Notes: a model not told the origin generated them from the sequence alone. A DNA stretch of 55,715 bases from an uncultured Oscillospiraceae bacterium (GCA_964600835.1 CAZRLM010000001.1:1-55715), one strand, 5' to 3'; shown: positions 28,399 to 38,044, counted from the first letter of the stretch. Translations and numbers: made by a program.

Positions 28399-29685
28399 AT
28401 GGAACGGAAGGTTCGCGTCGGTGTGGTGGCTGACGACATCACCGGCGCCAACGATATTGGCGCGATGCTGGCGAAAAACGGCTATGTCAGCGTGGTGATT
28501 TCCCTGATCGATCAACCGGTTGAAGCGGATTTTGTCGGCGCGGACGCGCTGATCATCAATACCGGCAGCCGTCTGGATACGCCAAAGGACGCGGTCCGGA
28601 AGTCCGCCGAGGCGGCCAGGCTGCTCGACGCGCTGGGCTGCGAAAAAATCCATACGAAAACGTGCAGCGTGTTTCGCGGCAATATCGGCGCTTCCTTTGA
28701 CGCGGTGCAGGACGCAATTGGTGAGCGCTGCTCCATGGTGGTGCTGGGCTTTCCGGCAAACGGGCGAACGACGCTCCATGGCCGTCACTATGTGCGCGGC
28801 GTACCGCTGGAACAGACCAGCTTCGCGCAGGATCCGGTGAATCCCATGCGCCTGTCGCAGCTGAAGGACATTATCGCGCAGCAGTCCAGCCGCCCCTGCG
28901 CCGAGTTCACCTACGAGTGGCTTGACCGTCCGCTTGAGGAGCAGCAGGCGCGTTTGGCGGCGCTGAAAGCGGAGGCACGCTATGTGATTTTCGACGTGCG
29001 GGACGACAAGGATTTGCGCATCATCGCCCGTCTGATTCGCGATGAGCGGAGCATTGCCGGGGCGAGCGCCATCTGCGCCGCGCTGCCGGAAGCATGGGGA
29101 TGCCGCAGCGAAGCGCTGCCATGCCGTTTCCGGACGGACGTGGAATCAGGCGTGCTTGTTGTTTCCGGGAGCCTCACGCCGCAAACCCGCGCGCAAACGG
29201 CCTATCTGTGCCAGCAGGGCGTTTCCTGTGTGACGCTTGACCCCGCGCGCCTGCTTTCCGGCGGAACGGAGGCGCTTCTGGACGAGCTGGCCGACGCGCT
29301 GACGATGCGCCTGAGCCGCGGGGAGAATGTGCTGCTGTGCGCCGATCAGGACGACGAGCGTATTCACGCTGCCTGCAAGCGGGAAAATGTCGGAAGTCGG
29401 GAAATCGGTCGGCAAATCACCGAAGCGCTGGGCAGCGTGGCGCGCAGGACGTACCAGCGCAGCGGCGTTCGGCGAATCCTGGTGGCGGGCGGTGAAACCA
29501 GCGACGGTGTAAGCGCCGCGCTGCGTGTGCGCACGATGCGCATCTGGCAGGAGCTGGAACCGGGTATCCCGCTGATGACCGGCAAGACCGCGGACGGCGA
29601 GGAGCTGCTGCTGGTGTTCAAGTCCGGGAGCTTTGGTTCGCCTCATTTTCTTTATGATACCATGCTGCAAATGCAAGCGCAATGA
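28399..29685 (+). CDS. Four-carbon acid-sugar kinase family protein (DUF1537; OtnK/DtnK-like)
   Basis: The N-terminus VGVVADDITGANDIG and the C-terminus VAGGETS...L..G.PL are hallmarks of DUF1537 kinases. Confidence 0.8.
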   Translation: MERKVRVGVVADDITGANDIGAMLAKNGYVSVVISLIDQPVEADFVGADALIINTGSRLDTPKDAVRKSAEAARLLDALGCEKIHTKTCSVFRGNIGASFDAVQDAIGERCSMVVLGFPANGRTTLHGRHYVRGVPLEQTSFAQDPVNPMRLSQLKDIIAQQSSRPCAEFTYEWLDRPLEEQQARLAALKAEARYVIFDVRDDKDLRIIARLIRDERSIAGASAICAALPEAWGCRSEALPCRFRTDVESGVLVVSGSLTPQTRAQTAYLCQQGVSCVTLDPARLLSGGTEALLDELADALTMRLSRGENVLLCADQDDERIHAACKRENVGSREIGRQITEALGSVARRTYQRSGVRRILVAGGETSDGVSAALRVRTMRIWQELEPGIPLMTGKTADGEELLLVFKSGSFGSPHFLYDTMLQMQAQ

Positions 29686-29699
29686 CGGAGGTGTTTTGA

Positions 29700-31388
29700 A
29701 TGAAGTGCACTCAACAGCCCACCCTTCGGGTAACGGCGAACGCGTACACGTTCGAGCTGCTGCCGGATCGTCCCGCGGCCGCCTTGACGGATGCCAAAGG
29801 GCAGCGCCTCGGCGAAGTCTTCCTGCTGTCCTCCTGCCATACCATGGCAGGCCGGGATGTTTCCTCCCGCCTGTCGGACTGGATGGTTGAGGAAAAGCCG
29901 GGCGAGGTGGTGCTGACTGCAAAGGCTGATTCCCTGATCTGGCAGGAGAAAACCGTTCGGATTCGACTGCTGGAAGACCGGATTCTGTATCAAATGACGG
30001 TGGAAGGCACGGGTGCGCTGGCGGATACTGAGCTGCTCTCGGGCTATTATACGGGCTGCAACAAGCGGCACAGCAACGCGCGTTTCTACTCCGGCTTCGA
30101 GGGTGACTCGCTCTTTAACCCGGAGCCTGACCGCAACGAGGTGTATGCTCGCCCTGTTTACGAGCGCTCGCTGATCGACATGACCGGCGTGCCGATTCCC
30201 GGCCGTGACGGCTGGTTTTTCACGCCGACGCCCTTCTGCTTTGTGCTGCGCCATGGCGAAACCTGCATGACGCTGGGCGTGACGACAGCGCCCGGAGCGC
30301 ATACCTTTACGGAGCTGGAGTATACCGGCGGCGGCGGACAGGGGCTGATCCTGCGATACGAAGGATATACGCAGGTGAACGGCGCATACGCCCTGCCCGA
30401 GGTCAACATGATCTTTGGCGAGGAGGAGTACGCGCTGCTGGGTGAGTTCTCCAAAACGGAGCGTCTTCCTGAACCGGAACACGACGTTCATGCGTGGTGG
30501 AAGCAGCCCATCTTCTGCGGCTGGGGCGCTCAGAGCGCGCTGTCTCAGGATTATCATGTTCCCGCGCCAACGCTGGCGAATCAGAAGTTCTATGAGGAGT
30601 TCACCGATTCTCTGGACGAGAAGGGCATCAATCCCGGTATCATCGTCATTGATGACAAATGGCAGCAGGCATACGGCCTGAACAATGTGGATCAGGAAAA
30701 GTGGCCGGACATGAAGGGCTTCATTGAGCGGATGCACCAAAAGGGGCGCAAGGTGCTGCTGTGGCTGAAGGCGTGGGATTGCGAGGGCGTGGATCCGGCG
30801 CAGTGCGTTTGCGATTTCGTGGGCGCGCCGCAGTCGATCGACCCGGAAAACCCGGCCTATCTGGCCACCTTTGCGGAAGCCTGCCGCGTGATGCTTTCGC
30901 CTGACGAGTTGAATGCCGATGGCTTCAAGATTGATTTTACCGCGCGGATTCCTTCCTGCCCGGGCTGTCGGCAGTACGGCAACCACTGGGGATTGGAACT
31001 GATGCGCGACTACCTTGCGATGGTATACGACAGCGCCAAGGCGGTCAAGTCCGACGCGCTGGTGATGTGCCATTGCCCGCATCCTTATCTGGCGGACAAG
31101 CTGGACATGATCCGTCTGAACGACGTGAACACGGGCCGCCCCGTTTGCGCGCAGATGCAGCATCGGGCCAAGGTAGTCAAGGCGGTGCTGCCGGATCGGC
31201 TGATCGATACGGACAACTGGCCAATGCCGGACAAGCGCTCCTGGCTTGATTATGTTCGGATTCAGCCGGATCTGGGCGTGCCTTCGCTGTATTACCTCTG
31301 GCATATGGACAACAGCCCCGAGGCGATCGACGACGCGGATCTTGACGTGGTGCGCCAGGCCTGGAAGCGCTGGCGGGAGAAACAATAA
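29700..31388 (+). CDS. TIM-barrel glycoside hydrolase, GH31/GH36-clan-like (tentative)
   Basis: WWKQPIFCGWG, IVIDDKWQQAYG...KWPDMKGFIERMHQKGRKVLLWL and ADGFKIDF resemble clan GH-D/GH31 catalytic barrels. RBS GGAGGTG. Confidence 0.45.
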   Translation: MKCTQQPTLRVTANAYTFELLPDRPAAALTDAKGQRLGEVFLLSSCHTMAGRDVSSRLSDWMVEEKPGEVVLTAKADSLIWQEKTVRIRLLEDRILYQMTVEGTGALADTELLSGYYTGCNKRHSNARFYSGFEGDSLFNPEPDRNEVYARPVYERSLIDMTGVPIPGRDGWFFTPTPFCFVLRHGETCMTLGVTTAPGAHTFTELEYTGGGGQGLILRYEGYTQVNGAYALPEVNMIFGEEEYALLGEFSKTERLPEPEHDVHAWWKQPIFCGWGAQSALSQDYHVPAPTLANQKFYEEFTDSLDEKGINPGIIVIDDKWQQAYGLNNVDQEKWPDMKGFIERMHQKGRKVLLWLKAWDCEGVDPAQCVCDFVGAPQSIDPENPAYLATFAEACRVMLSPDELNADGFKIDFTARIPSCPGCRQYGNHWGLELMRDYLAMVYDSAKAVKSDALVMCHCPHPYLADKLDMIRLNDVNTGRPVCAQMQHRAKVVKAVLPDRLIDTDNWPMPDKRSWLDYVRIQPDLGVPSLYYLWHMDNSPEAIDDADLDVVRQAWKRWREKQ

Positions 31389-31414
31389 CGCTTGACGCAC
31401 TGGGAGGGATGACC

Positions 31415-33985
31415 ATGCTGCACCTGCCCCTGCTGGATTCCTGCGATCATCTGGTGGTCGGCGGTGGAGTGCGCGCGATGATGTGTGCGCTCCGCCTGTC
31501 GGGCCAGGGTGATGTGCTTTTGATGACGGAGGGCACGAGCCTGTATGCTGAAATCAGCCGTAGCGGAGATTATCGCCTCCCGCGCGGACTGTCGGAAAAG
31601 TGGCGCGAACTGCTTTTTCCGGACTCCGTGATGGAGAGCGACGGACGACTGCATCCGGATCGACTGAAGCAATACGGCGAACGCCTGATGGCGGAGCATG
31701 GCGTGCGTTTGCTGTATGCCTGTCAGGCGCTTGGGCGCATGGAAGACTGCGTGCTGGCGGCGCACAAATCGGGCCTTTACGCCATTCGCTGCGGCCATGC
31801 GTGGGATGCGCGTGTTGGAAACGTTGCGCTTGAGGAACCCTGCTTCTGTCTGCACACCATGCTGGACAGGGAACACCGGGTAACCTACATTCCGATGACG
31901 CATGACGACGGGACGCCCCAATCCGTGTTCGCGCGCTATGAAAGCGCGCTTGCCAAGCTGCCAGAGGGACATACGCTGGCGCGCAGCGCGACGGGCCTGA
32001 CGGATCGCGCGGGAATGACGGCGGACTGCTCCGATGCGCAGCCTTTGGCGGACGTGCCCGCAGGGGAGTTTTCCCCGCGGCAGCGCAACCCGCTCTTTGC
32101 GGCGTTACCCTCCGTGGCGCTTCCGCATGGCTTGGCGGTACGGATAGAGGTATACGACGTTGTAGTGATCGGTGGCGGCACGGCGGGCGCGTCGGCGGCG
32201 ATTTTCAGCGCCCGTCAGGGGCTGAAAACGTTGCTGCTGGAAATGAACGATCAGCTGGGCGGCACGGGAACGGTCGGCGGCGTGAGCACGTACTGGTTTG
32301 GTCATCGCGATGGCGCGACCAAACAGATTGACGAGGCGGTAGACGCGTATTACCGTCGGCTGCATCTGCCGCGCCGTGCGTGCCTGTGGTGCGAGGATGA
32401 TGTTTTCGCCCCTGCGCTCAAGGCACACGCGCTGCTTGGAATGTGCTTGAAGGCAGGCGTTGAAGTTCGCTTCGGCAGCGTTGTATGCGGCGTGGAACAG
32501 GAGGAAAACCGGGTCACGGGCGTTTATGAGGCACACGGCGGCGAGCTTCGCCTGAACCGGGCATCCATGCTGCTGGACTGCACCGGAGACGGCGACGTCT
32601 GCATGATGGCCGGTGCGGCGCACACCTATGGCAGCGAGCGTGACGGTATGACCTACTGGGGCTCGCTGGCGCAGTACACGTCGCCCGACCAATACCGGAA
32701 CAATTTCTCAACCATGGTTCATGTGGGCGACCCGAAGGACTACACCCGCTTTATCCGGGCCGGCAGACTGCGGGGCGAAGAGATGTACGACCACGGGCAG
32801 TATGTGGCGGTGCGCGAATCGCGGCATATTGAGGGCATGGAGAAGCTAACGCTGCCGGACATCATGGCGATGCGCCCGGTGAAGGATCCGCTGTATGTGT
32901 GTTTCAGCAACTATGATCCCAAAGGACGACTGACCGCTGATCTGGCCTACTTCGGGCTACTGTGCCCGAATCAGCAGATTCCCGTGCCGCGGGGCGCGGT
33001 GATTCCGGTGGACGAGCAGCGCAAGCCGATTGAGGGCCTGTTGATTGGCGGCAAGGCGATCAGCTGCACCCACGACGCGTTTCCCGGCATCCGAATGCAG
33101 CCTGACCTTCAGCGGCAGGGCCTTGCGCTGGCTGCGCTGGCAGGCTGCGCTATTTGCCAGGAAACAACCGCGTGGCAGGCGGAGAGCGTAACCGAGGCGA
33201 TTCAATCGCTGGGCGGCGATTTGGAGCTGCCGGAGATCGAACCGATGCGCCCGCTGCTGGAAGTCATCGCCGAGTTGCGTGGGGACGAGCCATGGGAATG
33301 GCTGGACGACCCGCCCACAGCGTGCACCTCGCGCGTGGAGCCGATTGTCCAGATCATGACCACGTCCAGCGAGGAGGCGCTGCCGCCGCTTCGGCATGCC
33401 TGGGAAAACGCCCGGACGGAAGCACTGCGCCTGACGCTTGCCCGGTTGCTATTGTGGCACGGCGACGAAATCGGCGCGGAAACGGTGATTGCCCGGGCGA
33501 ATGAAATGCTCGACCAGTGCGACGGTCTGCCGCGCCGGGCCGCGTCTGTCAACTATGGACAGCTGTTGCCGGATCACGGACTGATGCCGGAGGTTGTTTA
33601 CCTGCTCAACAGCCTGAGTCGGAGCCGTCATGCGGACATTTTGCCGGTACTGACGCGGATGGTGGAGCGGCTGGAAGCCGGGCCGCGCGACTGGAAGGAT
33701 CTCCGCGCGGGGATCTACTGCTACTGCGAATGCCCCGCGTATATCGCGGCGCGTCGGAAAGACCTGGCGCTGACACCCTTGCTGCATCGTGTTTTGGCAC
33801 TGCCGGAGCTGAACCGACCCGCGGAGGATGAGCTGCTGCGCGAGCGCTTTGATATGCTGCGGATTACGGTGCTGCACGCGCTGTATCTCCTGGGGGACGA
33901 GGCAGGCCGCAGCGGACTAACGGCCTATATGCAGGACGAGCGCCGCCCGATGGCGCTGGCTGCGTCGATGCTGTTGTCCCAATAA
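31415..33985 (+). CDS. Large FAD-dependent oxidoreductase-family protein with extra N- and C-terminal domains
   Basis: The central VVVIGGGTAGASAAIFSARQGLKTLLLE dinucleotide-binding motif suggests the FAD_oxidored type. A degenerate second motif HLVVGGGVRAMMCALRL sits near the N-terminus. The C-terminus is helical-repeat-like. ATG 31415 lies 6 nt after GGGAGGG; ATG 31409 is also possible. Confidence 0.6.
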   Translation: MLHLPLLDSCDHLVVGGGVRAMMCALRLSGQGDVLLMTEGTSLYAEISRSGDYRLPRGLSEKWRELLFPDSVMESDGRLHPDRLKQYGERLMAEHGVRLLYACQALGRMEDCVLAAHKSGLYAIRCGHAWDARVGNVALEEPCFCLHTMLDREHRVTYIPMTHDDGTPQSVFARYESALAKLPEGHTLARSATGLTDRAGMTADCSDAQPLADVPAGEFSPRQRNPLFAALPSVALPHGLAVRIEVYDVVVIGGGTAGASAAIFSARQGLKTLLLEMNDQLGGTGTVGGVSTYWFGHRDGATKQIDEAVDAYYRRLHLPRRACLWCEDDVFAPALKAHALLGMCLKAGVEVRFGSVVCGVEQEENRVTGVYEAHGGELRLNRASMLLDCTGDGDVCMMAGAAHTYGSERDGMTYWGSLAQYTSPDQYRNNFSTMVHVGDPKDYTRFIRAGRLRGEEMYDHGQYVAVRESRHIEGMEKLTLPDIMAMRPVKDPLYVCFSNYDPKGRLTADLAYFGLLCPNQQIPVPRGAVIPVDEQRKPIEGLLIGGKAISCTHDAFPGIRMQPDLQRQGLALAALAGCAICQETTAWQAESVTEAIQSLGGDLELPEIEPMRPLLEVIAELRGDEPWEWLDDPPTACTSRVEPIVQIMTTSSEEALPPLRHAWENARTEALRLTLARLLLWHGDEIGAETVIARANEMLDQCDGLPRRAASVNYGQLLPDHGLMPEVVYLLNSLSRSRHADILPVLTRMVERLEAGPRDWKDLRAGIYCYCECPAYIAARRKDLALTPLLHRVLALPELNRPAEDELLRERFDMLRITVLHALYLLGDEAGRSGLTAYMQDERRPMALAASMLLSQ

Positions 33986-34041
33986 AAAAAGGAGGCCATG
34001 GGCGGCCTCTTGCAAAGAAAGACGGTTGAGCCGGGAGCGCG

Positions 34042-35472
34042 TCAGAAAACGCGTTCCCGGCCATTTTCCGAATAGGTGATGGTGAAGTCATGCGTTTGCA
34101 GGTTGGCTTGTAAACGTGCGAAATGTTCGCCCTGCCGACGCTCAAGATTGAGCAGATGATCCGGCGTTTCGAGGATTTCCAACGAGCCGTCAAAGGCTGG
34201 ATGCGTGTTTCGGAGACGCATCATGTCCACCAGACGCTTGACAACAGGCCGATTAAGGGCTTCGACGATTTCCTCATGCGTGTAGTTGTGACGGTTGATA
34301 TCGCGATGCTCCGACGGATTGAAGGCCAGGTCGTTGCGACCGGCCAGCATACCGACATAATACACCTGCGGGATGCCCGGCGCGAAGAACTGGATGGCGC
34401 GGGCGAGCAGGTAAGCGCTGTCGTTCTCCTCCAAAATGGAATAGTAAGTGCCGTAGAGCTGGTAGCTCTTGCGGTATTTTTTCTTGGACATATCCATGGG
34501 TTTGTAGCTGTAAGACAGATGCGGTTCTGCGCGCGCAATCACCGCGTCCGCTTCTTCAGGGCTGACGATACCATCCGCGTCGTATACGCCGATGCCGTCA
34601 TGGGTGTCCAGAACGGAGAACTGCGTGGACGGGGCAATGGACAACCAGCGCTTCAGCGCGCGTCCGGAGCCGGTGAACAGCGTATGCAGCACCGTCAGCG
34701 GGAGCACAAAGTCATAGGTGTAATAGCCGTGTCGGCTGATCTTTTGCGCCACGTCGTAGCGATCGTGCACCTCCGGAAGCAGCGTCATATCGTGCTGGGC
34801 GAGTAGCGTCTCCATGTCGTGGATCAGCTCCCAAATCTGCGGCTCCACAAAGAAGCAGTTGGTGCCCCGCACCTTGGTGATATAGCCGTAAGCATCCATT
34901 CGGATGACGGAAATGCCGTGCTGACCCAGCGCGCGAAGGTTCTGCATGATGTAGTCGCGCGTGACGGGGCTGTTGACGTCCAGATCAATCTGCTCGGCGG
35001 AAAAGGAACACCAAAGTTTTTTGCGCGTGCCGTCCGGCAGCGTGATTTCCTGGAAAAGCGGCTTGTCGCTGCGGCGGTAGAGCGATGCAAGCTCCTGCTC
35101 GCTGGGTTCGCCGCCGAAGAACGCCGTGTAGTCAAAGAACATCGGCGCGTAGGCGCTTTTTTTACCCAGACGAAGATAGTCCTGGAACTCATGGCTGCGG
35201 CGGGAGATGTGATTGACCATCATGTCGCACATCAGCATATAATTGCGGGACAGCGCCTCAATGTCTGACCAGGAACCGAAGGTCGGCTCGACCTCATCGT
35301 AGGTGGTCGGGGCGAAGCCGCGGTCGCCGCTGGAAGGGAAAAAAGGGAGGATATGCACGCTGCCCACCGCGCCGGGAACCAGATTGTCCAGCGTGTCCTT
35401 TAAGCCGGACAGACTGCCGCCAAGACTGTCGGGATAGGTGATGAGCATCACTTTGTTGCTGACCTTTTTCAC
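34042..35472 (-). CDS. GH13_18 sucrose-phosphorylase-family glycoside phosphorylase (specificity undetermined)
   Basis: VMLITYPDSLGG...VHILPFFPSSGDRGFAPTTYDEV.P.FGSW.DI...MCDMMVNHIS..S.EF matches the sucrose phosphorylase family. The start GTG 35472 lies 8 nt after AGGAGG. The longer track ORF overlaps the upstream gene. Confidence 0.85.
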   Translation of the reverse strand: MKKVSNKVMLITYPDSLGGSLSGLKDTLDNLVPGAVGSVHILPFFPSSGDRGFAPTTYDEVEPTFGSWSDIEALSRNYMLMCDMMVNHISRRSHEFQDYLRLGKKSAYAPMFFDYTAFFGGEPSEQELASLYRRSDKPLFQEITLPDGTRKKLWCSFSAEQIDLDVNSPVTRDYIMQNLRALGQHGISVIRMDAYGYITKVRGTNCFFVEPQIWELIHDMETLLAQHDMTLLPEVHDRYDVAQKISRHGYYTYDFVLPLTVLHTLFTGSGRALKRWLSIAPSTQFSVLDTHDGIGVYDADGIVSPEEADAVIARAEPHLSYSYKPMDMSKKKYRKSYQLYGTYYSILEENDSAYLLARAIQFFAPGIPQVYYVGMLAGRNDLAFNPSEHRDINRHNYTHEEIVEALNRPVVKRLVDMMRLRNTHPAFDGSLEILETPDHLLNLERRQGEHFARLQANLQTHDFTITYSENGRERVF

Positions 35473-35485
35473 AGCGGACGCCTCC

Positions 35486-37135
35486 TCAGCATTCAAAGAA
35501 TTTGGCTTCCAGCATGGCGCAGAGCGTGTGGTAGATGGGCAAATGATACTCCTGCACGTCTGCCGGGGTGTTCGCGGGCGCGACAATTGCGCAGTCACAC
35601 AGCGCCTTCAACCGCCCGCCGGTGCCGCCGGTCAGGGCGATGGTATGCAGCCCAAGCGCTTTCGCCGCGCTGGCAGCCAGCGCCACGTTGCGCGCATTGC
35701 CGCTGGTGCTGATGCCAATCATCACGTCGCCAGGTCGGCCGTAGCCGATCACCTGCTGCGCCATGGCAAGCTGGGGATCCATGTCATTCTGCACGGCGGT
35801 GGACAACGGCTGATGGCCGGTCAGCGCAATGGCGGGCATACCCTGCTGCATCAGCGCCGCCGCCCCGGGCAGAATCGCGTCCATGGTTTGACGCAGACGA
35901 GTTTGTTTTTCCTCGGAAAGCGGGCGCTTGAGATAGAAACCTTTCATCAATTCGCCGACGATATGCTCACTGTCCGCGCAGCTGCCGCCATTTCCGCCGA
36001 CCAGCAGCTTGCCGCCGGCCTGATAGCAGTCCCGCAGGAGCAGATAAGCCTGCATCACGCTCTCCCGGCAGCAGGACAGCGCCGGGTAACGCTCGAAAAG
36101 GCGCTCGTAGTGGCGGAGCACGCGCTCCTCCGTCTCGTCTCCCATTTGCAGGGGGTCAAGATCAAGCGCGTACAGCGCCGCCATGATGCTGGCGAGGTCG
36201 CCGATGGCTTCTCCGGTCTGGGCAGGCACGACGCGAAGCCCCTGATAGGAGTAGGGGATTGCCTCCTTGCGAAGCTCCTCGTCCATGCTTGGACGCAGCA
36301 GCTCCTCACAGCGGGTAAAGATGCTGCCGATCACAATGCACTCCGGATTGAAGGCGTCCGTCAGCTGGCCCAGTAGACGACCCAGCATCCGACCGACCAG
36401 ATCAAAAAGCTCAAGCGCGTCCTGGTCGCCGCGGCGGGCATAGTCGGCCATCAGGCGCGCGTCTATCTCGCTTGAGGTGTGACCGTCGGCAATCCAGGCA
36501 GGGATGCGGCCATCGCGTTGCAGCCGCTCGGTCAGATCAACCGCCAGGTGCGCAATGGCCTCGCCACTGGTGTAGCCTTCCACCGAGCCAGCCTTGCCAA
36601 AGCCGACGGGGCCGTCCTCCGTCAGCCGCAGATGGCCGATTTCGCCGCCCATGTCCGTGTGTCCGGACAGCAGCCGCCCTTCCGCAATCACGCCGCCGCC
36701 CATCCCCGTACCCATGGTCAGGAAGATCATGTTGCTGGTTCCGCGCCCTGCGCCCAGCCGCCACTCTACCAGCGCGCAGGCGTTCGCATCGTTTTGCAGA
36801 TGGGTTTCTATGCCGTAGCGTTCCTCCAGCATGGCCTTGAGCGGAATGTTGACCCAGCCGGGCAGATGCGGCGGGCAGAGTACAACGCCGCGCTTGGAAT
36901 CCAGCGGCCCGCCACAGCTCACGCCGATCGAGCGCACGTCCTGCGTGGTGATCTGGTGACGGGCAAGCAGCGTATCAATGCCCTCGCAAAGGCGGCGATA
37001 GGCGTCCTCAAAACCGTTCTCCGGGCAGGTGGCAAAGCGAATCTTATCCTCGATATGAATGCCGTGATTGACGGTTGCCAGCAGCACGGCGCATTTGGTA
37101 CCGCCAATATCCAGACCAATCCAATAACTGCTCAT
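35486..37135 (-). CDS. ROK-family sugar kinase fused to a GmhA-like SIS (phosphosugar isomerase) domain
   Basis: ATG 37135 follows AAAGGAGATGG. The N-terminal half has YWIGLDIGGTKCAV, NDANACALVEW and GTGMGGGVI (ROK). The C-terminal half has LLVGGNGGSCADSEHIVGEL...IGISTSGNARNV...IALTGGTGG (SIS). Confidence 0.8.
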   Translation of the reverse strand: MSSYWIGLDIGGTKCAVLLATVNHGIHIEDKIRFATCPENGFEDAYRRLCEGIDTLLARHQITTQDVRSIGVSCGGPLDSKRGVVLCPPHLPGWVNIPLKAMLEERYGIETHLQNDANACALVEWRLGAGRGTSNMIFLTMGTGMGGGVIAEGRLLSGHTDMGGEIGHLRLTEDGPVGFGKAGSVEGYTSGEAIAHLAVDLTERLQRDGRIPAWIADGHTSSEIDARLMADYARRGDQDALELFDLVGRMLGRLLGQLTDAFNPECIVIGSIFTRCEELLRPSMDEELRKEAIPYSYQGLRVVPAQTGEAIGDLASIMAALYALDLDPLQMGDETEERVLRHYERLFERYPALSCCRESVMQAYLLLRDCYQAGGKLLVGGNGGSCADSEHIVGELMKGFYLKRPLSEEKQTRLRQTMDAILPGAAALMQQGMPAIALTGHQPLSTAVQNDMDPQLAMAQQVIGYGRPGDVMIGISTSGNARNVALAASAAKALGLHTIALTGGTGGRLKALCDCAIVAPANTPADVQEYHLPIYHTLCAMLEAKFFEC

Positions 37136-37152
37136 TTGCTTTCCATCTCCTT

Positions 37153-37875
37153 TTAATAGGGATAGTGACGATAGAAATCCTTGAACCAGGGATTGAAATA
37201 GTTGGCGAAGGACTGCACCAGGGAACGGATGCGCGCGTCCGCGTCGCAGAGCAGCTGCGGGTTGCAGTGCCCGAAGGTATAGTAGTCGATATGGCGGTCG
37301 GTCAGCTTTTTCAGGCTGACACGCCAACGCTCGATGTCGGAGCCGATCAGCGGGCTGGAGCCGCCGTGGAGCGTATCTCCGGCGATAAGGAGCGCGGCAC
37401 CACCGGGCTGCTGGACGACGAAGCAGCAGCTGCCGGCGCTGTGTCCCGGCGTATGCAGAACGGTCACGTCGCCCGCGTCCACATGGAAGGTATCGCCCTC
37501 GGCAATGACGCCGTCCACCGGAATCGGCTCCGCTTCTACGCCATAGAGCAGCGAGGCAGTGGTGCGCACGCTGTCGCCTGTCTCCACCTGCGCCTTGTCC
37601 TCCTCGTGGAGATACAGCTTGGTTCCGAACGCGTCGCGGAAGCGCTTGGCGCCGCCGATGTGATCATAGTGGCCGTGGGTGCCATAGATGCGGGTGATCC
37701 GCGCAGGGTCAAAGCCCAGCTCGCGGATGTTGCGGATCAGCGCGTCGTATCCCTCACGGGTGCCACAGTCAATCAGGATGAGATTCTCATCCTGAGGGAG
37801 AAGATAAGCGGTTGCGTCAAAGTGATGGGTTTTGCTCGGGCCAGCAACCTGATAAACGCCAGGAAGCAGCATCAT
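37153..37875 (-). CDS. MBL-fold metallo-hydrolase
   Basis: THGHYDHIGG (HxHxDH) plus downstream His/Asp ligands. 240 aa. Confidence 0.8.
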   Translation of the reverse strand: MMLLPGVYQVAGPSKTHHFDATAYLLPQDENLILIDCGTREGYDALIRNIRELGFDPARITRIYGTHGHYDHIGGAKRFRDAFGTKLYLHEEDKAQVETGDSVRTTASLLYGVEAEPIPVDGVIAEGDTFHVDAGDVTVLHTPGHSAGSCCFVVQQPGGAALLIAGDTLHGGSSPLIGSDIERWRVSLKKLTDRHIDYYTFGHCNPQLLCDADARIRSLVQSFANYFNPWFKDFYRHYPY

Positions 37876-37973
37876 AGGAATAATCAGTCCTTTCTATGAA
37901 TAATCTTTTTTGGCAGAAAGAGCCTGCCGCAGTCAATCGCTCCCGCAGGCTTTTTCTACCATCGCACTTGCGA

Positions 37974-38021
37974 AGGAAAAAACAGGAAAAGCGGGATGCG
38001 GGCTTAGTGTCCGCATCCCGC
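37974..38021 (-). terminator. Rho-independent terminator after the ABC transporter genes
   Basis: Minus strand reads GCGGGATGCGG-acactaag-CCGCATCCCGC followed by TTTTCCTGTTTTTT. Confidence 0.8.
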
Positions 38022-38044
38022 AGTGGTGATGACCGGGAAAAGGA

